The notes under the pieces were generated by a model. That model was not told the DNA's origin and ran no database searches. It saw only the letters and a list, made by a program, of their open reading frames with translations. The translations under genes were made by a program, and so were the position numbers. Shown here piece after piece: positions 10,945 to 23,180 of a stretch of DNA of 64,000 nucleotides. The DNA is from Octopus sinensis (taxonomy: Eukaryota), in NCBI RefSeq assembly GCF_006345805.1, contig NC_043020.1, positions 13,144,001 through 13,208,000 on the forward strand. Direction: 5' to 3'. Position 1 is the first letter of the stretch; each line of letters opens with the position of its first letter.

Positions 10945-11550
10945 TTGAATGTCAGCAATGTACTTGGATGCTGGTGAAGTGCTTGGACACCAACAAGGCA
11001 TTTGAATGCCAGCATTGTGTTTAGCAATGCACTTGAATGCCTGCAATGCATTTGAATGCCGGCATGGTGCTTGAATGCCGGCACAGCGCTTGAACGCTAA
11101 TGCGGCGCTTGAATGCCAGTGCTGAGCTTGAACGCTGGCACGATGCCTGAATGCTGGCGCGGCGCTTGAATGCTGCCTGGCGTTTGAATGCTAGCGCGGT
11201 GCTTTAATGCCAGCACAGAGCTGAACACCAGCATGACACCTGAACGCTAGCGCAGCGCTTGAATGCCAACTCGGCGCTTGAATACCAGCGCAGCACTTGA
11301 ATGTTAACGCGGCACTTTAATGCTGGCGCAGAGCTTGAACGCCAGCGTGATGCCTGAACACTGGCGCGGCGCTTGAACGCTGACTCGGCCCTTGAATGTC
11401 AGCCTGGCACTTGAACGCTAACGTGGCGCTTTAATGCTGGCGCAGAGCTTGAACGCTGGCACGACACCTGAACGCTGGCGCGGTGCTTGAATGCCAACTC
11501 GGTGCTTGAACACCGGTGCGGCGCTTTAATGCTGGCATGGGGCTTGAATT
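10945..11550. repeat. GC-rich 19-bp minisatellite, about 30 units, with 5-6-mer higher-order repeat
   Basis: Units CTTGAAYGCYRGCRCGGCG; CTTTAATG variant at 11202, 11315, 11429, 11524. Confidence 0.9.
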
Positions 11551-12402
11551 GCAAGAAGCTGAATAATAACAAAGAAAACAGTAGACAGGTTTAGATGATA
11601 AAAAAATGGTTTATGAAGTGCATTTAATCATAAAAATTAGGTGTAATTTCATGCTTGAAATCTGTGAATGTCTAATGGTTAACTAAATTAAGTACCTGAA
11701 GGAGATATGCTTCACTGTTCTTTCAAGACTTTCTTCTGTAAAACTAACTAAATATATGATTCCACTTAGTTTAGAAACTGTTTTGTTTGGTTCCCAGAAA
11801 ACCTTGTTCCGTGCAGAACATACCTCGACCCCTTCCCATTGCAATTAATTTCGGTAATTGGGTGCAACATTTTATTTCGCAAATAATTTCGATCTAAGCT
11901 GTCTGTTAGATTCTTTCAGTAAAACTTGGAAGTAGTCGTTTCTGAAGCATAACATCTCAGATTTGTATTGGTGTTAGATAAAAGCTAGACGTGGTTGTGG
12001 TTCCTGTTGGAAGCAGGATGCTCCTTAACTAACTTGTCAATCTGATGTCTTAGATAGACATTACCTGCAGCAAGCAATAACAGGCGGTAGCATTACCAAG
12101 CACAGTTGTAGCATGTGTAAGGCAGGAAGTACGTGATAATCTTACAAAGTGAACTGGAAAGCTAATTAAAACCCCAGAATGATACACAGCTGCTCACACT
12201 TTTCGCAAAATAATTAATATACAACTTTGAAAGCAATCATCTCAGAAAATTTTCCCCAAAGTCTCAATTTGACTCTTCATTAAACATCTTCACACCATAT
12301 TGACGATATTAATTAGAACCTCTTTTACCATGAATGTCTTCTGTTCTCTATTGGACGGCAGTTTACTCTTTCAAATATATTTTTGGGTTTATATAATAAG
12401 AC

Positions 12403-12552
12403 AGTGGAGGCACATAGCTCAGTGGTTAGAGTGTCGAGCTCACAATCACGAGGTAGTGAGTTCAATTCCCCGACTGAGCTGTGTGTTGTGTACTTGAGCA
12501 AGACCCTTTATTTCATGCTGCTACAGTTCACTCAGCTGTAGAAATGAGTTGT
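12403..12552 (+). mobile_element. SINE-E 5' part
   Basis: GGAGGCACATAGCTCAGTGGTTAGAGTGTCG..GAGTTCAATTCCC..TTGAGCAAG. Confidence 0.75.
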
Positions 12553-12880
12553 GAGCTGGCAGAAATGTTAGCATGCCAGGCGAAATGCCTAGCAGTACTT
12601 CATCTGCCGCTACATTCTGAGTTCAAATTCTGCTGAGGTCGACTTTGCCTTTCATCCTTTCGGGGTCGATAAATTAAGTACCAGTTACGCACTGGGGTCG
12701 ATGTAATCGACTTAATCCCTTTGTCTGTCCTTGTTTGTCCCCTCTATGTTTATCCCCTTGTGGGCTGTAAAGAAATAGGTATTTTGTCTACCATTACATT
12801 CTGAGTTCAAATTCCGCCGAGGTCGACTTTGCCTTTCATCCTTTCAGGGTCGATAAATTAAGTACCAGTTACGCACTGGT
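12552..12880 (+). mobile_element. SINE-B dimer (second unit 3'-truncated)
   Basis: Junction AAAGAAATA|GGTATTTTGTC at about 12778. Confidence 0.85.
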
Positions 12881-13504
12881 ACTTAATCACAAATTCATGT
12901 TTTCTCAATTTGTAATGAGAATTCTTAGATTTTTCAGTTTCAACCTAGGAAATCCAATATTTTCTTTAGATTTAGCCTTGTTGATGAGATTGCATAAGAC
13001 TGAAACTTGTCTGTAAATCGGACTTCCCCCACACACACACACACTCCCAACTGCATTCTATTATTTAATTCATTTGAATTATTAGAATTCCAGAGTTATC
13101 TCCCCTGTCTGTCTTAACCAGAGTTAATCACTTAAATAACGATTATTCGCATCGTTTAAAGGTGTCATTTTAGATTAATTAAAGCTTGTTGGTTCACTTC
13201 TTTGATGATTTTTACTCTTGGAAAGTTTATCAGCTGTGAATTTGTCACTTTTCTTATCAGTCTTGGAATTAAGAAGAGAGGAAAAAAAAAAAAAAAAAAG
13301 AGAAAACACACACATAGAGTAAAATATATATAAAGATATATAAAAGAACCCCAGAAGCAGTTGTAAAAGGTGTAAAATGGGGGGCAATAAATCCCTCATC
13401 TTCTCTGCTTAATGTGATACGTCAATAAATGATGACTTTCTTTCTTTCAGCCCTAACCACTCACACACCGAACTTAACTTAACTTAACGCTGCCGTTTCT
13501 TAAT

Positions 13505-14098
13505 CCTGCTTCTTGCTACTTATAACAACAACAACAACAACAATAATAATAATGATAATAATAATAATAATAATATTGACAACAACAATAAAAACAACGA
13601 CTACAATTTAGTTATGATAAGATTTCATATTTGTTCTGAATGTATATAATACACACACACACATATATAGACACACATACACACATATATATAGACACAC
13701 ATACACACACATATATAGACACACACACACACATATATATAGACACACACACACACATATATATAGACACACACACATATATATATAGACACACACACAT
13801 ATATATATATATATAGACACACATACACACACATATATAGACACACAAACACACACATATATAGACACACAAACACACACACATATATATAGACACACAC
13901 ACACACACATATAGACACACGAACACACACATATAGACACACGAACACACACATATAGACACACGAACACACACATATAGACACACGAACACACACATAT
14001 AGACACACGAACACACACATATATAGACACACGAACACACACATATATAGACACACGAACACACACATATATAGACACACACACACACACACATATAG

Positions 14099-14129
<31 letters not shown>

Positions 14130-14175
14130 CACACACACACATATATATATATACACACACACACTCACACGTTTG
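13505..14175. repeat. (AAC/AAT)n followed by (ACAC..ATATAG)n compound repeat with 20-22-bp GACACACGAACACACACATATA units
   Basis: Direct reading. Confidence 0.95.
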
Positions 14176-14619
14176 TGTGTATGTATATTTGCTTCTGTTT
14201 TTAGTGTCCCCCCCTCGGCCTCCCCTCACTCCCCTCCCCCTAGTTGACTCGTTGTCATCTTATGACTGGCTTCGGTGATAACCCTCTGCAATCCCAGAAG
14301 ATCTTATCAGCTGCTCTTATGACCCTTTATTACATCTTATCGTGTTTCCCTCGTTATCTCTTTAGAGCTGGAGGGGAGGATGGCCGGGGTGGTGGGTGGT
14401 GTGGAGGGTGAGTTAGCGAGAAAGGGATCTGTTGGGAAAAAGCAGTGGGGCATGGACGTGGGGGGGGGGGGAATGGGGAAAGTGTTGGAAAGGTTTTTGG
14501 TGTGTTGGATTCGTTTATATATTTATACACAAGCAACATATCCACACATATATATGCACTCACATATATACATACATACACACACACATACAACCCTATA
14601 TATATATAATATATATATA

Positions 14620-14995
14620 TATATATTCTTTTACTTGTTTCAGTCATTTGACTGCGCCCATGCTGGAGCACTGCTTTTAATCGAGCAAATCGACCCCAAG
14701 GCTTATTCTTTGTAAGCCTACTACTTATTCTATCGGTCTCTTTAAATACACCAGCATCAGTTGTCAAGCGATGTTGGGGGTACAAATACAGACACACAAA
14801 CATACATATATATTATATATATACACACACTCGACAGGCTTCTTTCAGTTTCCGTCTACCAAATCCACTCACAAGGCTTTGGTTGCTCCGAGGCTATAGT
14901 CGAAGACACTTGCCCAAAGTGCCATGCAGTGGGACTGAACCTGAAACCATGTAGTTGGTAAGCAAGCTACTTACCACACAGCCACTCCTGCACCT
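14620..14995 (-). mobile_element. SINE-A, near full length with internal deletion
   Basis: Reverse complement of consensus. Confidence 0.85.
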
Positions 14996-15319
14996 ATATA
15001 TATATATATATATATATATACTGTAAGATCACATACACTTCCTTTATATTGTGTCAGAGGTTACCTCTCCATCCTTCTCTCTCCTCTCTATCTTCTACAC
15101 TCCTCGCTCCTCATCTTTTATTTCATTCTGTAGACTTGTGTTATAGCCCCAAATAATTCATAAATTTACAAATATTTGTTGGACACTTTTGGTGAAAAAT
15201 ACCTTGCTACGACTACGACTAATTACAACTTACCTTGTGAGGTATAAATGCGTCTCCTTAATGAATATAAATGAATGTTACCTGTCAGTGTCTGTATATT
15301 TTCATTACCCTTTTACATT

Positions 15320-15490
15320 CTCTTTCCACATTGGTAAGGGTCAGATGGTTTGACAGGATCTGACAGGTTACCTGACCACATCTGGCTCCAGTGTCTCAGT
15401 TTTGGCACCCTTGTTATAGCTCGATGCCCTTCCTAACCCCAACCATTTTACAGAGCATAGTGGGTACTTTTAATGTAGCACCAGCACTAA
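15320..15490 (-). mobile_element. RTE 3'-UTR, old copy
   Basis: GGTTTGACAGGATC..GATGCCCTTCCTAAC. Confidence 0.55.
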
Positions 15491-15526
15491 TGAGGTCACC
15501 TTTTACCTGACAAGACCAAAGAACCA

Positions 15527-15740
15527 TCAACTGAGAAGGAGAATAGTTGAAAGAGAAGTAGTTTCATGTGAAATTTTGAGGTTCTGAGGATGATAAGGTG
15601 GGCCAGAACAGGTTTGCGCTTGTGGAGTAGATCCATAGCTACCCAGTGGGTGGAAATTGTGGGATGGAACTGGAAGGAGAGGTGAAGATGGCGGTGACAA
15701 GGTGCCAGAGCATACACTCATAGTACAAGAAGGCACAGAG
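15527..15740 (-). mobile_element. Possible decayed Penelope-like ORF fragment
   Basis: Translation contains PYHPQNLKIS, reminiscent of the YHP motif downstream of the PLE RT domain; very weak. Confidence 0.2.
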
Positions 15741-15884
15741 TATCAGAAAGGCTGGGTTGAGTAAAGGGTGCAAGAGTGGGTGTGTAGTGGTGGTGGGGAG
15801 TTAGAGATAGTGAAGGGCAGTTAGAAATAGGGGTGTGGGTGAATGGTAAAAAAAAAAGCAAAAAAAAAATAAATAAACTGACAC

Positions 15885-16165
15885 TGTTGGTTGATCCGAT
15901 CAGGGGAATAGCTGGCTCGTGAAATGAATGTACATGTGGCTGAGCACTCCACAGACACATATACCCTTAATGTAGTTCTTAGGGAGAGTCAGTGTGTCAC
16001 AGAATGTGACAAGGGTAGCCTTTTGAATCACAGGTACAGTTCATTTTTACCAGGTGAGTGGACTGGAGCAATGTAAAATAAAGTGTATTGCTCAAGGACA
16101 GTGCACTGCCAGGAATTAAACTTATGATCATGAGCTGAATACCCTAACCAATAAGGTACAAGCCT
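15885..16165 (-). mobile_element. SINE-E head and centre with SINE-C-like tail (old chimera)
   Basis: GGCTGAGCACTCCACAGACAC (C tail) joined to CTGGAGCAATGTAAAATAAAGTG..TTGCTCAAG (E centre). Confidence 0.7.
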
Positions 16166-16314
16166 TTGAATGGTGAACAAAGGTGGGCATAATTGAGAAT
16201 AAATATGTGTGGAGGAGACAGGGATAAGAATCAGGGGATGAAATGACTTGTGGGAGAAGGAGTGATGACTGGCCATACAGAAAGGCAGATAAGCAGCAGA
16301 ATAATACAGTATAG

Positions 16315-16475
16315 GCGCAGGAGTGGCTGTGTGGTAAGTAGCTTGCTTACTAACCACATGGTTCGAGGTTCAGTCCCACTGCGTGGCACCTTGGGCAAGT
16401 GTCTTCTACTATAGCCTCGAGCTGACCAAAGCCTTATGAGTGGATTTGGTAGACGGAAACTGAAAGAAGTCCATC

Positions 16476-16517
<42 letters not shown>

Positions 16518-16578
16518 ATGTTTGTGTGTCTGTTTGTCCCCCCCCCCACCATCGCTTGACAACCGATGCTGGTGTGTT
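16315..16578 (+). mobile_element. SINE-A, 3'-truncated
   Basis: Consensus head through GCTGGTGTGTTT, then unrelated sequence. Confidence 0.85.
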
Positions 16579-16960
16579 TCAGATGTTGGGGTGGAAATCC
16601 ACGCCACCATCTCTTCAGTTACCCGGCCATCGGAAAAAATGCTCCACCCCCAGCATCCGAAACTCAGAGTTTTATCATGGTTACCGAATAATTGTCGCAT
16701 ATTACATTACAGATATATATATATATATTATATATATATATAATATATATATATGTGTGTGTGTGTATGTTTGTGTGTCTGTTTGTCCCCCCCCCCACCA
16801 TCGCTTGACAACCGATGCTGGTGTGTTTCAGATGTTGGGGTGGAAATCCACGCCACCATCTCTTCAGTTACCCGGCCATCGGAAAAAATGCTCCACCCCC
16901 AGCATCCGAAACTCGGAGTTTTATCATGGTTACCGAATAATTGTCGCATATTACATTTAC

Positions 16961-17000
<40 letters not shown>
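16500..17000. repeat. 249-bp near-perfect tandem duplication bounded by (TA)n
   Basis: TTTCAGATGTTGGGG at 16577 and 16826. Confidence 0.9.
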
Positions 17001-17014
<14 letters not shown>

Positions 17015-17299
17015 CAGCCTGTTTGTATGTATGTATATATATATATATATAAACAGCCTGTTTGTATATACACAATAGCGTTGTGGACAGAAAAAGAGGG
17101 ATCAGCTGGACTGGTTTCAATCTTGTGCTGGGATATCATCAGTGGCTAAGTACTTGTCTTTAACTGTCGATAGACACGCTGCTTATGAATATGTTATTAC
17201 TAAAGGCTGAAAGTATATTGGACAGACAAATTTGCATAATGCATTTTTGGCAGCTATTTGGTTTAAAAGAAAATATTTATTTATTTATCTATTTATTTA

Positions 17300-17712
17300 C
17301 TCTTTTACTCTTTTACTTGTTTCAGTCATATGACTGCGGCCATGCTGGAGCACCGCCTTTAATCGAGTAACTTGACCCTGGGACTTATTCTTTTGTAAGC
17401 CCAGTACTTATTCTATCGGTCTCTTTTGCTGAACCGCTAAGTAACGGGGACATAAACACACCAGCATCGGTTGTCAAGCAATGCTAGGGGGACAAACACA
17501 GACACAGAAACACACACACACATACATATACATATATATACATATATACGACGGATTTCTTTCAGTTTCCGTCTACCAAATCCACTCACAAGGCTTTGGT
17601 CGGCCCGAGGCTATAGCAGCAGACACTTGCCCAAGGTGCCATGCAGTGGGACTGAACACGGAACCGTGTGGTTAGTAAACAAGCTACTTACCACACAGCC
17701 ACTCCTGCGCCT
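17300..17712 (-). mobile_element. SINE-A, full length
   Basis: Reverse complement of consensus, in an (ATTT)n target. Confidence 0.9.
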
Positions 17713-18571
17713 ATTTATTTATTTATTTCTCTTCTGTGTCAACCTGAAGTTGTATTTTTGTGTACGTAGAGAAAATTTTGTTTCCCCCCTTTAAGCAGAA
17801 ACCAAATTATTCCTATGTGCTCAAAGCTTCTGAATCTCATGTGTGCTACAACAGAAAATCCCGCATCATCATTGTCATCGTCATCATCAACATCATTCGC
17901 CAGGATTCTAATCTTATCAGAAGATGTTTTATATTCTAAGCAATTGCTGCTATTACCGTGAGAGATAAGTATCTATAGATTCCTCTCTGAAAAATCTCTT
18001 CTTATCATGGCGCTGCTTTTACACTCTGCATGTTAAGATCGGTAACTTGACATCTATCTCCTTCTCTATCAATGCGTATCGTAGAGTGATTTTATTACAA
18101 GCATTTTGACTCTGATGTTCTTCCTTTGAAAGTTACCTTAGCTGTGTTTAACTTAGATTGGCACACATTGTGTTCTGTAGTTTGTGGACATTTCTAGAGA
18201 CAAGTAGATTTCCTCTGAAGCTAATTCAATTTTTTATAACATGTTTTTCCGTTCAGACAAACATTCTGAAACAAGAAGTCTCTTCGTTTTCTTTTGATTC
18301 TTGGTCGATTCCGGATGGAACTGATTTAATTTATGGCACCAACTTAATCTCATTCCCAAGACATCTGTGGACTTCTTACTTCAGTGAGAACTCGGTTCAG
18401 TTTCTGTAAGACTTGCACGAAGAACAGTGGACTTATTTTCTATCTTTTACTGGTTTCAGTCATTGGATTGCAGTCATTGCTGGAGCAATGCTTTGAAGGA
18501 GTTAATCTGGTACTTATTCTATTGGTCTCTTTTGCTGAACTGCTAAATTATGAGGATATAAACTAACCAAT

Positions 18572-18972
18572 AGGCGTAGGAGTGGCTGTGTGGTTCCAGG
18601 TTCTGTCCCACTGCGTGGCACCTTGGGCAAGTGTCTTCTACTATAGCCTCGAGCTGACCAAAGCCTTGTTAGTGGATTTGGTAGACAGAAACTGAAAGAA
18701 GCTCATCGTATGTATATATATATATATATATATTATATATGTGTGTGTGTGTATATATGCTTGTGTCTGTGTTTGTCTCCCCAACATTGCTTGACAACTG
18801 ATGCTGGTGTGTTTACGTCCCCATAACTTAACGGTTCAGCATAAGAGACCGATAGAATATGTACTATGCTTACAAAGAATAAGTCCTGGGGTTGATTTGC
18901 TCGACTAAAGGCGGTGCTCCAGCATGGCCGCAGCCAAATGACTGAAACAAGCAATAGTAAAAAGAGTAATAG
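18572..18972 (+). mobile_element. SINE-A, full length (an old minus-strand 3' fragment abuts at 18440-18570)
   Basis: Consensus match. Confidence 0.9.
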
Positions 18973-19044
18973 CATGCATGCTTGCTCATTCACTCGCACT
19001 CACTCACCCACACCCACCCACCCAAACAAACCACTCACTCACAT

Positions 19045-19420
19045 GCACTGTCCTACTTTATAGTTGTGAGACTTGGACACTGTCCAGAGGAGCTCCTTTG
19101 GTATCGGGATGTTTCACTGAAACTAGGATGCACCCGGTTACTTGTCTGATTCAGGAGTACCAGCCCAGACTGGCCATGTTCTTCAATCTTCCTAGTTAGA
19201 CCCTTACTGTGTTCTCTTCACTGATTATCCAGCTGGGTCGACAGCTTGTATTGCTTGACTACATACCACATGCTGACGACAGCTGAGGAGATATCTCACA
19301 CCGATGAGGACTGACTGGGACACTGCTCATTTGGTCGGCTACAAGGACCTGGGAATATACTGACAGATGGTGAAAGCACCAACACATTGCAGTTGTGCAT
19401 GTCCCCACACCTTACCTGAT
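19045..19420 (+). mobile_element. Decayed RTE LINE ORF fragment (downstream of RT domain)
   Basis: Translation VLLYSCETWTL matches the RTE-clade LLYGCETW motif; stops follow. Confidence 0.7.
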
Positions 19421-19448
19421 CTATTGCAGATTTTATTTTAGATCACTT

Positions 19449-19880
19449 TAACCTTTTAACATTTAAACTGGCCATATCTGGCTAAAATACTCTACAAGTT
19501 TAATGTTCAAACTGGCCAGATCCTGCCTCTCACTCCTGCCCTTCATTGTTAGTCTAAAAAATATACAGCCACATCTCAAGACTACAAGATAATGCAGGAT
19601 AAATTCAAAACAATGTGAATAAATAACTACTCTTTTACACTTGAAAGAATAATCTGAATACTCTTTACTCTCTTTTACTTGTTTCAGTCATTTGACTGCG
19701 GCCATGCTGGAGCACCGCCTTTAATCGAGCAACTCGACCCCAGGACTTATTCTTTTGTAAGCCCAGTACTTATTCTATCGGTCTCTTTTGCCGAACCGCT
19801 AAGTAACGTGGACATAAACACACCAGCATCGGTTGTCAAGCAATGCTAGAGGGACAAACACAGACACACAAACACACACA

Positions 19881-19921
<41 letters not shown>

Positions 19922-20108
19922 GACGGGCTTCTTTCAGTTTCTGTCTACCAAATCCACTCACAAGGCTTTGGTCGGCCCGAGGCTATAGTAGAAGACACTT
20001 GCCCAAGGTGTCACGCGGTGGGACTGAACCCGGAACCATGTGGTGGGTAAACAAGCTACTTACCACACAGCCACTGCTGTGATCGAATAATCTGAATGCT
20101 TAAGGGTT
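19449..20108. mobile_element. MITE-H interrupted by SINE-A
   Basis: TTAACCTTTTAACATTTAAA ... TGAATGCTTAAGGG|TTAA. Confidence 0.75.
19660..20084 (-). mobile_element. SINE-A, full length
   Basis: 13-bp TSD GAATAATCTGAAT at 19647-19659 and 20085-20097. Confidence 0.9.
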
Positions 20109-20171
20109 AAAACAAAAAGTTTGTCTCATAGGACCAAAAATAGTTTTGGGTGGCTTGATATAAAAAGGGCT

Positions 20172-20370
20172 AAACCTTTAGCTTTTAAACTGGCCATGTC
20201 CAGCCAAAATATTCTACCTGTTTTATATTCAAACTGGCCACATCTAGCTTCTCACACCTATCCTACGATGTCGTTCTATTAATAAACAACTGCATTATTG
20301 AAATTTCAAAGCTACGAGATAATGCAGGATTAATTCAAAAGTATTGACAGAGTAATCTTAATGTTTAAGG
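20172..20370. mobile_element. MITE-H
   Basis: CCTTTAGC..AAACTGGCCATGTCCAGCC ... TTAATGTTTAAGGG. Confidence 0.7.
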
Positions 20371-20456
20371 GTTTTAAAGCCCAAACATCATGTTCATTGG
20401 TGAATGGTTGTCCTGTGTTCTTGCTGCTCCGTCTTGGGGGTGATATTCTGGAATTA

Positions 20457-20640
20457 TCTATTATATAAAATCCGTTTTGTCTGTCTGTCTGTGTGTCTTC
20501 TAGGATCTCGGGCATCCTCCATCCGATTGCGCTCAAATTTGATATGTAGATACCAACAGTATCAGGGCATGTATAAGTCTTGAAAACATTACAAAAATCG
20601 ATTCCAGGTGAGAATGCGATCGCTAAAGCCGTTTTTCTTT
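20457..20640 (+). mobile_element. Helitron-like 5' end
   Basis: A|TCTATTATATAAAA start, (GTCT)n, CCGATTGCGCTCAAATTTG motif; 3' end not found. Confidence 0.4.
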
Positions 20641-21099
20641 GGAATAGAAAAAAAGTCTATCTTTATTTCTTCTTTTGCTGGTGTCTCAAATTTAGGTTAA
20701 ATCAGTGTTTCTCAAGGGGGAGGCCTATGGGACGGTCAGATGAGTTGTTTTGAGAAAATTTGGTTTAAATGTTTGACAACTCTGCACCGTCCATTGGACG
20801 GGGGAGGGAGAGAGGGGGGGGTTGCTCGTAAGGAATAAAAAGAAAAAGTTCAGAGACTGACAAATCAGTTAGAAAGCCTGAAATATTTGTGACTGTTCGC
20901 AAAGACAGAAAAGTAAATGAAATAACGACAGGCAAGAAGTCAAATTTAGTAATTTAAATTGTAAATCAAATTTGATAAAGATATTTCAAAGCAAAAGAAT
21001 TAAAAAAAAAGTGAGCAAAAAAAAGCCCTGGAATTTGGACATTTTTTCAAATATAAAATAATTCTGTGTCACAAAGTCAATTATTTTTACGTCTATCAT

Positions 21100-21645
21100 T
21101 CTCTCTCTCTCTTTCTCTCTCTCCCCCTCTCTCTACACACACTCTTTCTCTTTTCCTCTCCCCCTCTCTCTACACACACTCTCTCTCTCTCTTTCCCTCT
21201 CCCCCTCTCTACACACACTCTTTCTCTTTTCCTCCCCCTCTCTCTACACACACTTTCTCTCTTTCCCTCTCCCCCTCTTCTCCAAACACACACTCTCTCC
21301 TTTTCCCTCTCCCCCTCTCTCTCTACACACCTCTCTCTCTCTTTCCCTCCCCCTCTCTAACACACTCTCTCTCTTTCCCTCCCCCTCTCTCTCTAACACA
21401 CTCTCTCTCTCTTCCCTTCCCCCTCCCCTCTACACACACCACTCTCTCTCTTTCCCTCTCCCCCTCTCCTCCCACACATCCCTCTCTCTCTGCCCTCCCC
21501 CCTCTCTAAACACACACTCTCTCTCTTTCCCTCCCCCTCTCTCTACACACACTCTTTCTCTTTCCCTTTCCCCCTCTCTCTGCACACACTCTCTCTCTTT
21601 CCCTCTCCCCCTCTCTCTCTACACACTCTCTCTCTCTCTCTCATT
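21100..21645. repeat. About 33-bp polypyrimidine minisatellite (CTCTCTTTCCCTCTCCCCCTCTCTCTACACACA)n, about 15 units
   Basis: Direct reading. Confidence 0.9.
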
Positions 21646-21958
21646 CACTTTCACTTTCTTTCCGAGTATTTTTCACGCTGTTTATCCTTTTTTTTTGTTT
21701 TGTTATTTCACTCTCTCTTCCCCATATTCCCTAATTTCATACCTCTTACCAACAAACCACCACCACCACCACCACCACCTCTCTCTCTCTCTGACCTAAT
21801 CTCTAACCCCCAACTCTATCCTCCATACCAAAGCTGACAAGTTGTATAACACATGTCTAGGAAGTGTACAGATATTTGACATTGGAACTGACACCAATTC
21901 CAACAATATAAAGGTATTGTGCATATAAATGCGTGTGTGTGTGATTGCGTGTGTGTGT

Positions 21959-22004
<46 letters not shown>

Positions 22005-22282
22005 TGTGGTGATATTTAAACGTTAATGAGCTAGAATGAATCGCAGTTGATTTTTGAAAGTCTGCCATCAACATTGGAATATACAATGACAACTAATAAT
22101 AAAAGAGGAACACAGGTAATTAGAATGAATACCATTTAACAGGAATCACAATAATGGTTCTTCTCCGTTCCTGTTTATGCTAGTCTCGCAATCTTCAAGA
22201 ACGATCTACCGAAATGCCTACTTAACCCTCGTATAACAGTATTTCTAATGAGTCGGCAGTCTGTGTCTAGAAGCTGCCAAAC

Positions 22283-22314
22283 GTACATGCACACACAGAT
22301 ACACACATATATTC

Positions 22315-22345
<31 letters not shown>

Positions 22346-22770
22346 CACACATACATATGTACACACACACACACACATATATATATACATACACACATAC
22401 ATATGTACACACACACACACACACATACATATGTACACACACACATACATATGTACACACACACACACATATATATATATATACATACACACATACATAT
22501 GTACACACACACACACACATACATATGTACACACACACACATATATATATATATACATACACACATACATATGTACACACACATATATATATTCATATAT
22601 CATCATCATCAACATCATCACCGTTTAGCGTCCGTTTTCCATATGTACATATGTACACACACGCATATATATTCATATATATATACACACACACACATGT
22701 ACACACACATGTGCACACGCACACACATGTGCATGCACACATATACACACACACACATGCATACATGTGT
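22283..22770. repeat. (ACAC..ATACATATGT)n compound microsatellite
   Basis: Direct reading. Confidence 0.95.
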
Positions 22771-22789
22771 ATTACAATGTTACATTCTT

Positions 22790-22953
22790 TGATTATCTCC
22801 CTTGAAAACGCGTTCATCGTTTCCACATAACCTATGGTGGTGTTGCTGTTTCCAAAGTTTATTTTCATTTCTCTATTAGTCATTTTACTCGCATATCTAT
22901 CTTAAAATGAGCTGCTTGGCGGAGGTCTGCGCTCTCCAAGTGCTTTTCTAATT
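22790..22953 (+). mobile_element. Helentron/HINE-type right end
   Basis: CTTGGCGGAGGTCTGCGCTCTCCAAGTGCTTTTCTAATT resembles the subterminal repeat plus terminus of DINE-1-like elements; left end not seen. Confidence 0.5.
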
Positions 22954-22979
22954 ATTATGAGTTTTTCTTTTAATTTGTT

Positions 22980-23149
22980 AGCAGGAGTGGCTGTGTGGTA
23001 AGTAGCTTGCTAACCAACCACATGGTTGCGGGTTCAGTCCCACTGCGTGGCATCTTGGGCAAGTGTCTTCTGCTATAGCCCCGGGCCGACCAATGCCTTG
23101 TGAGTGGATTTGGCAGACGGAAACTGAAAAGAAGCCTGTCGTATATATG

Positions 23150-23180
<31 letters not shown>

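Noticed and set aside
10945-11550. CRISPR-like array (also considered for the 59-bp RTE units and the SINE-B hexamer)
   Set aside because: Eukaryotic context, the variable parts are related to each other rather than unique spacers, lengths are wrong, and there are no cas genes.
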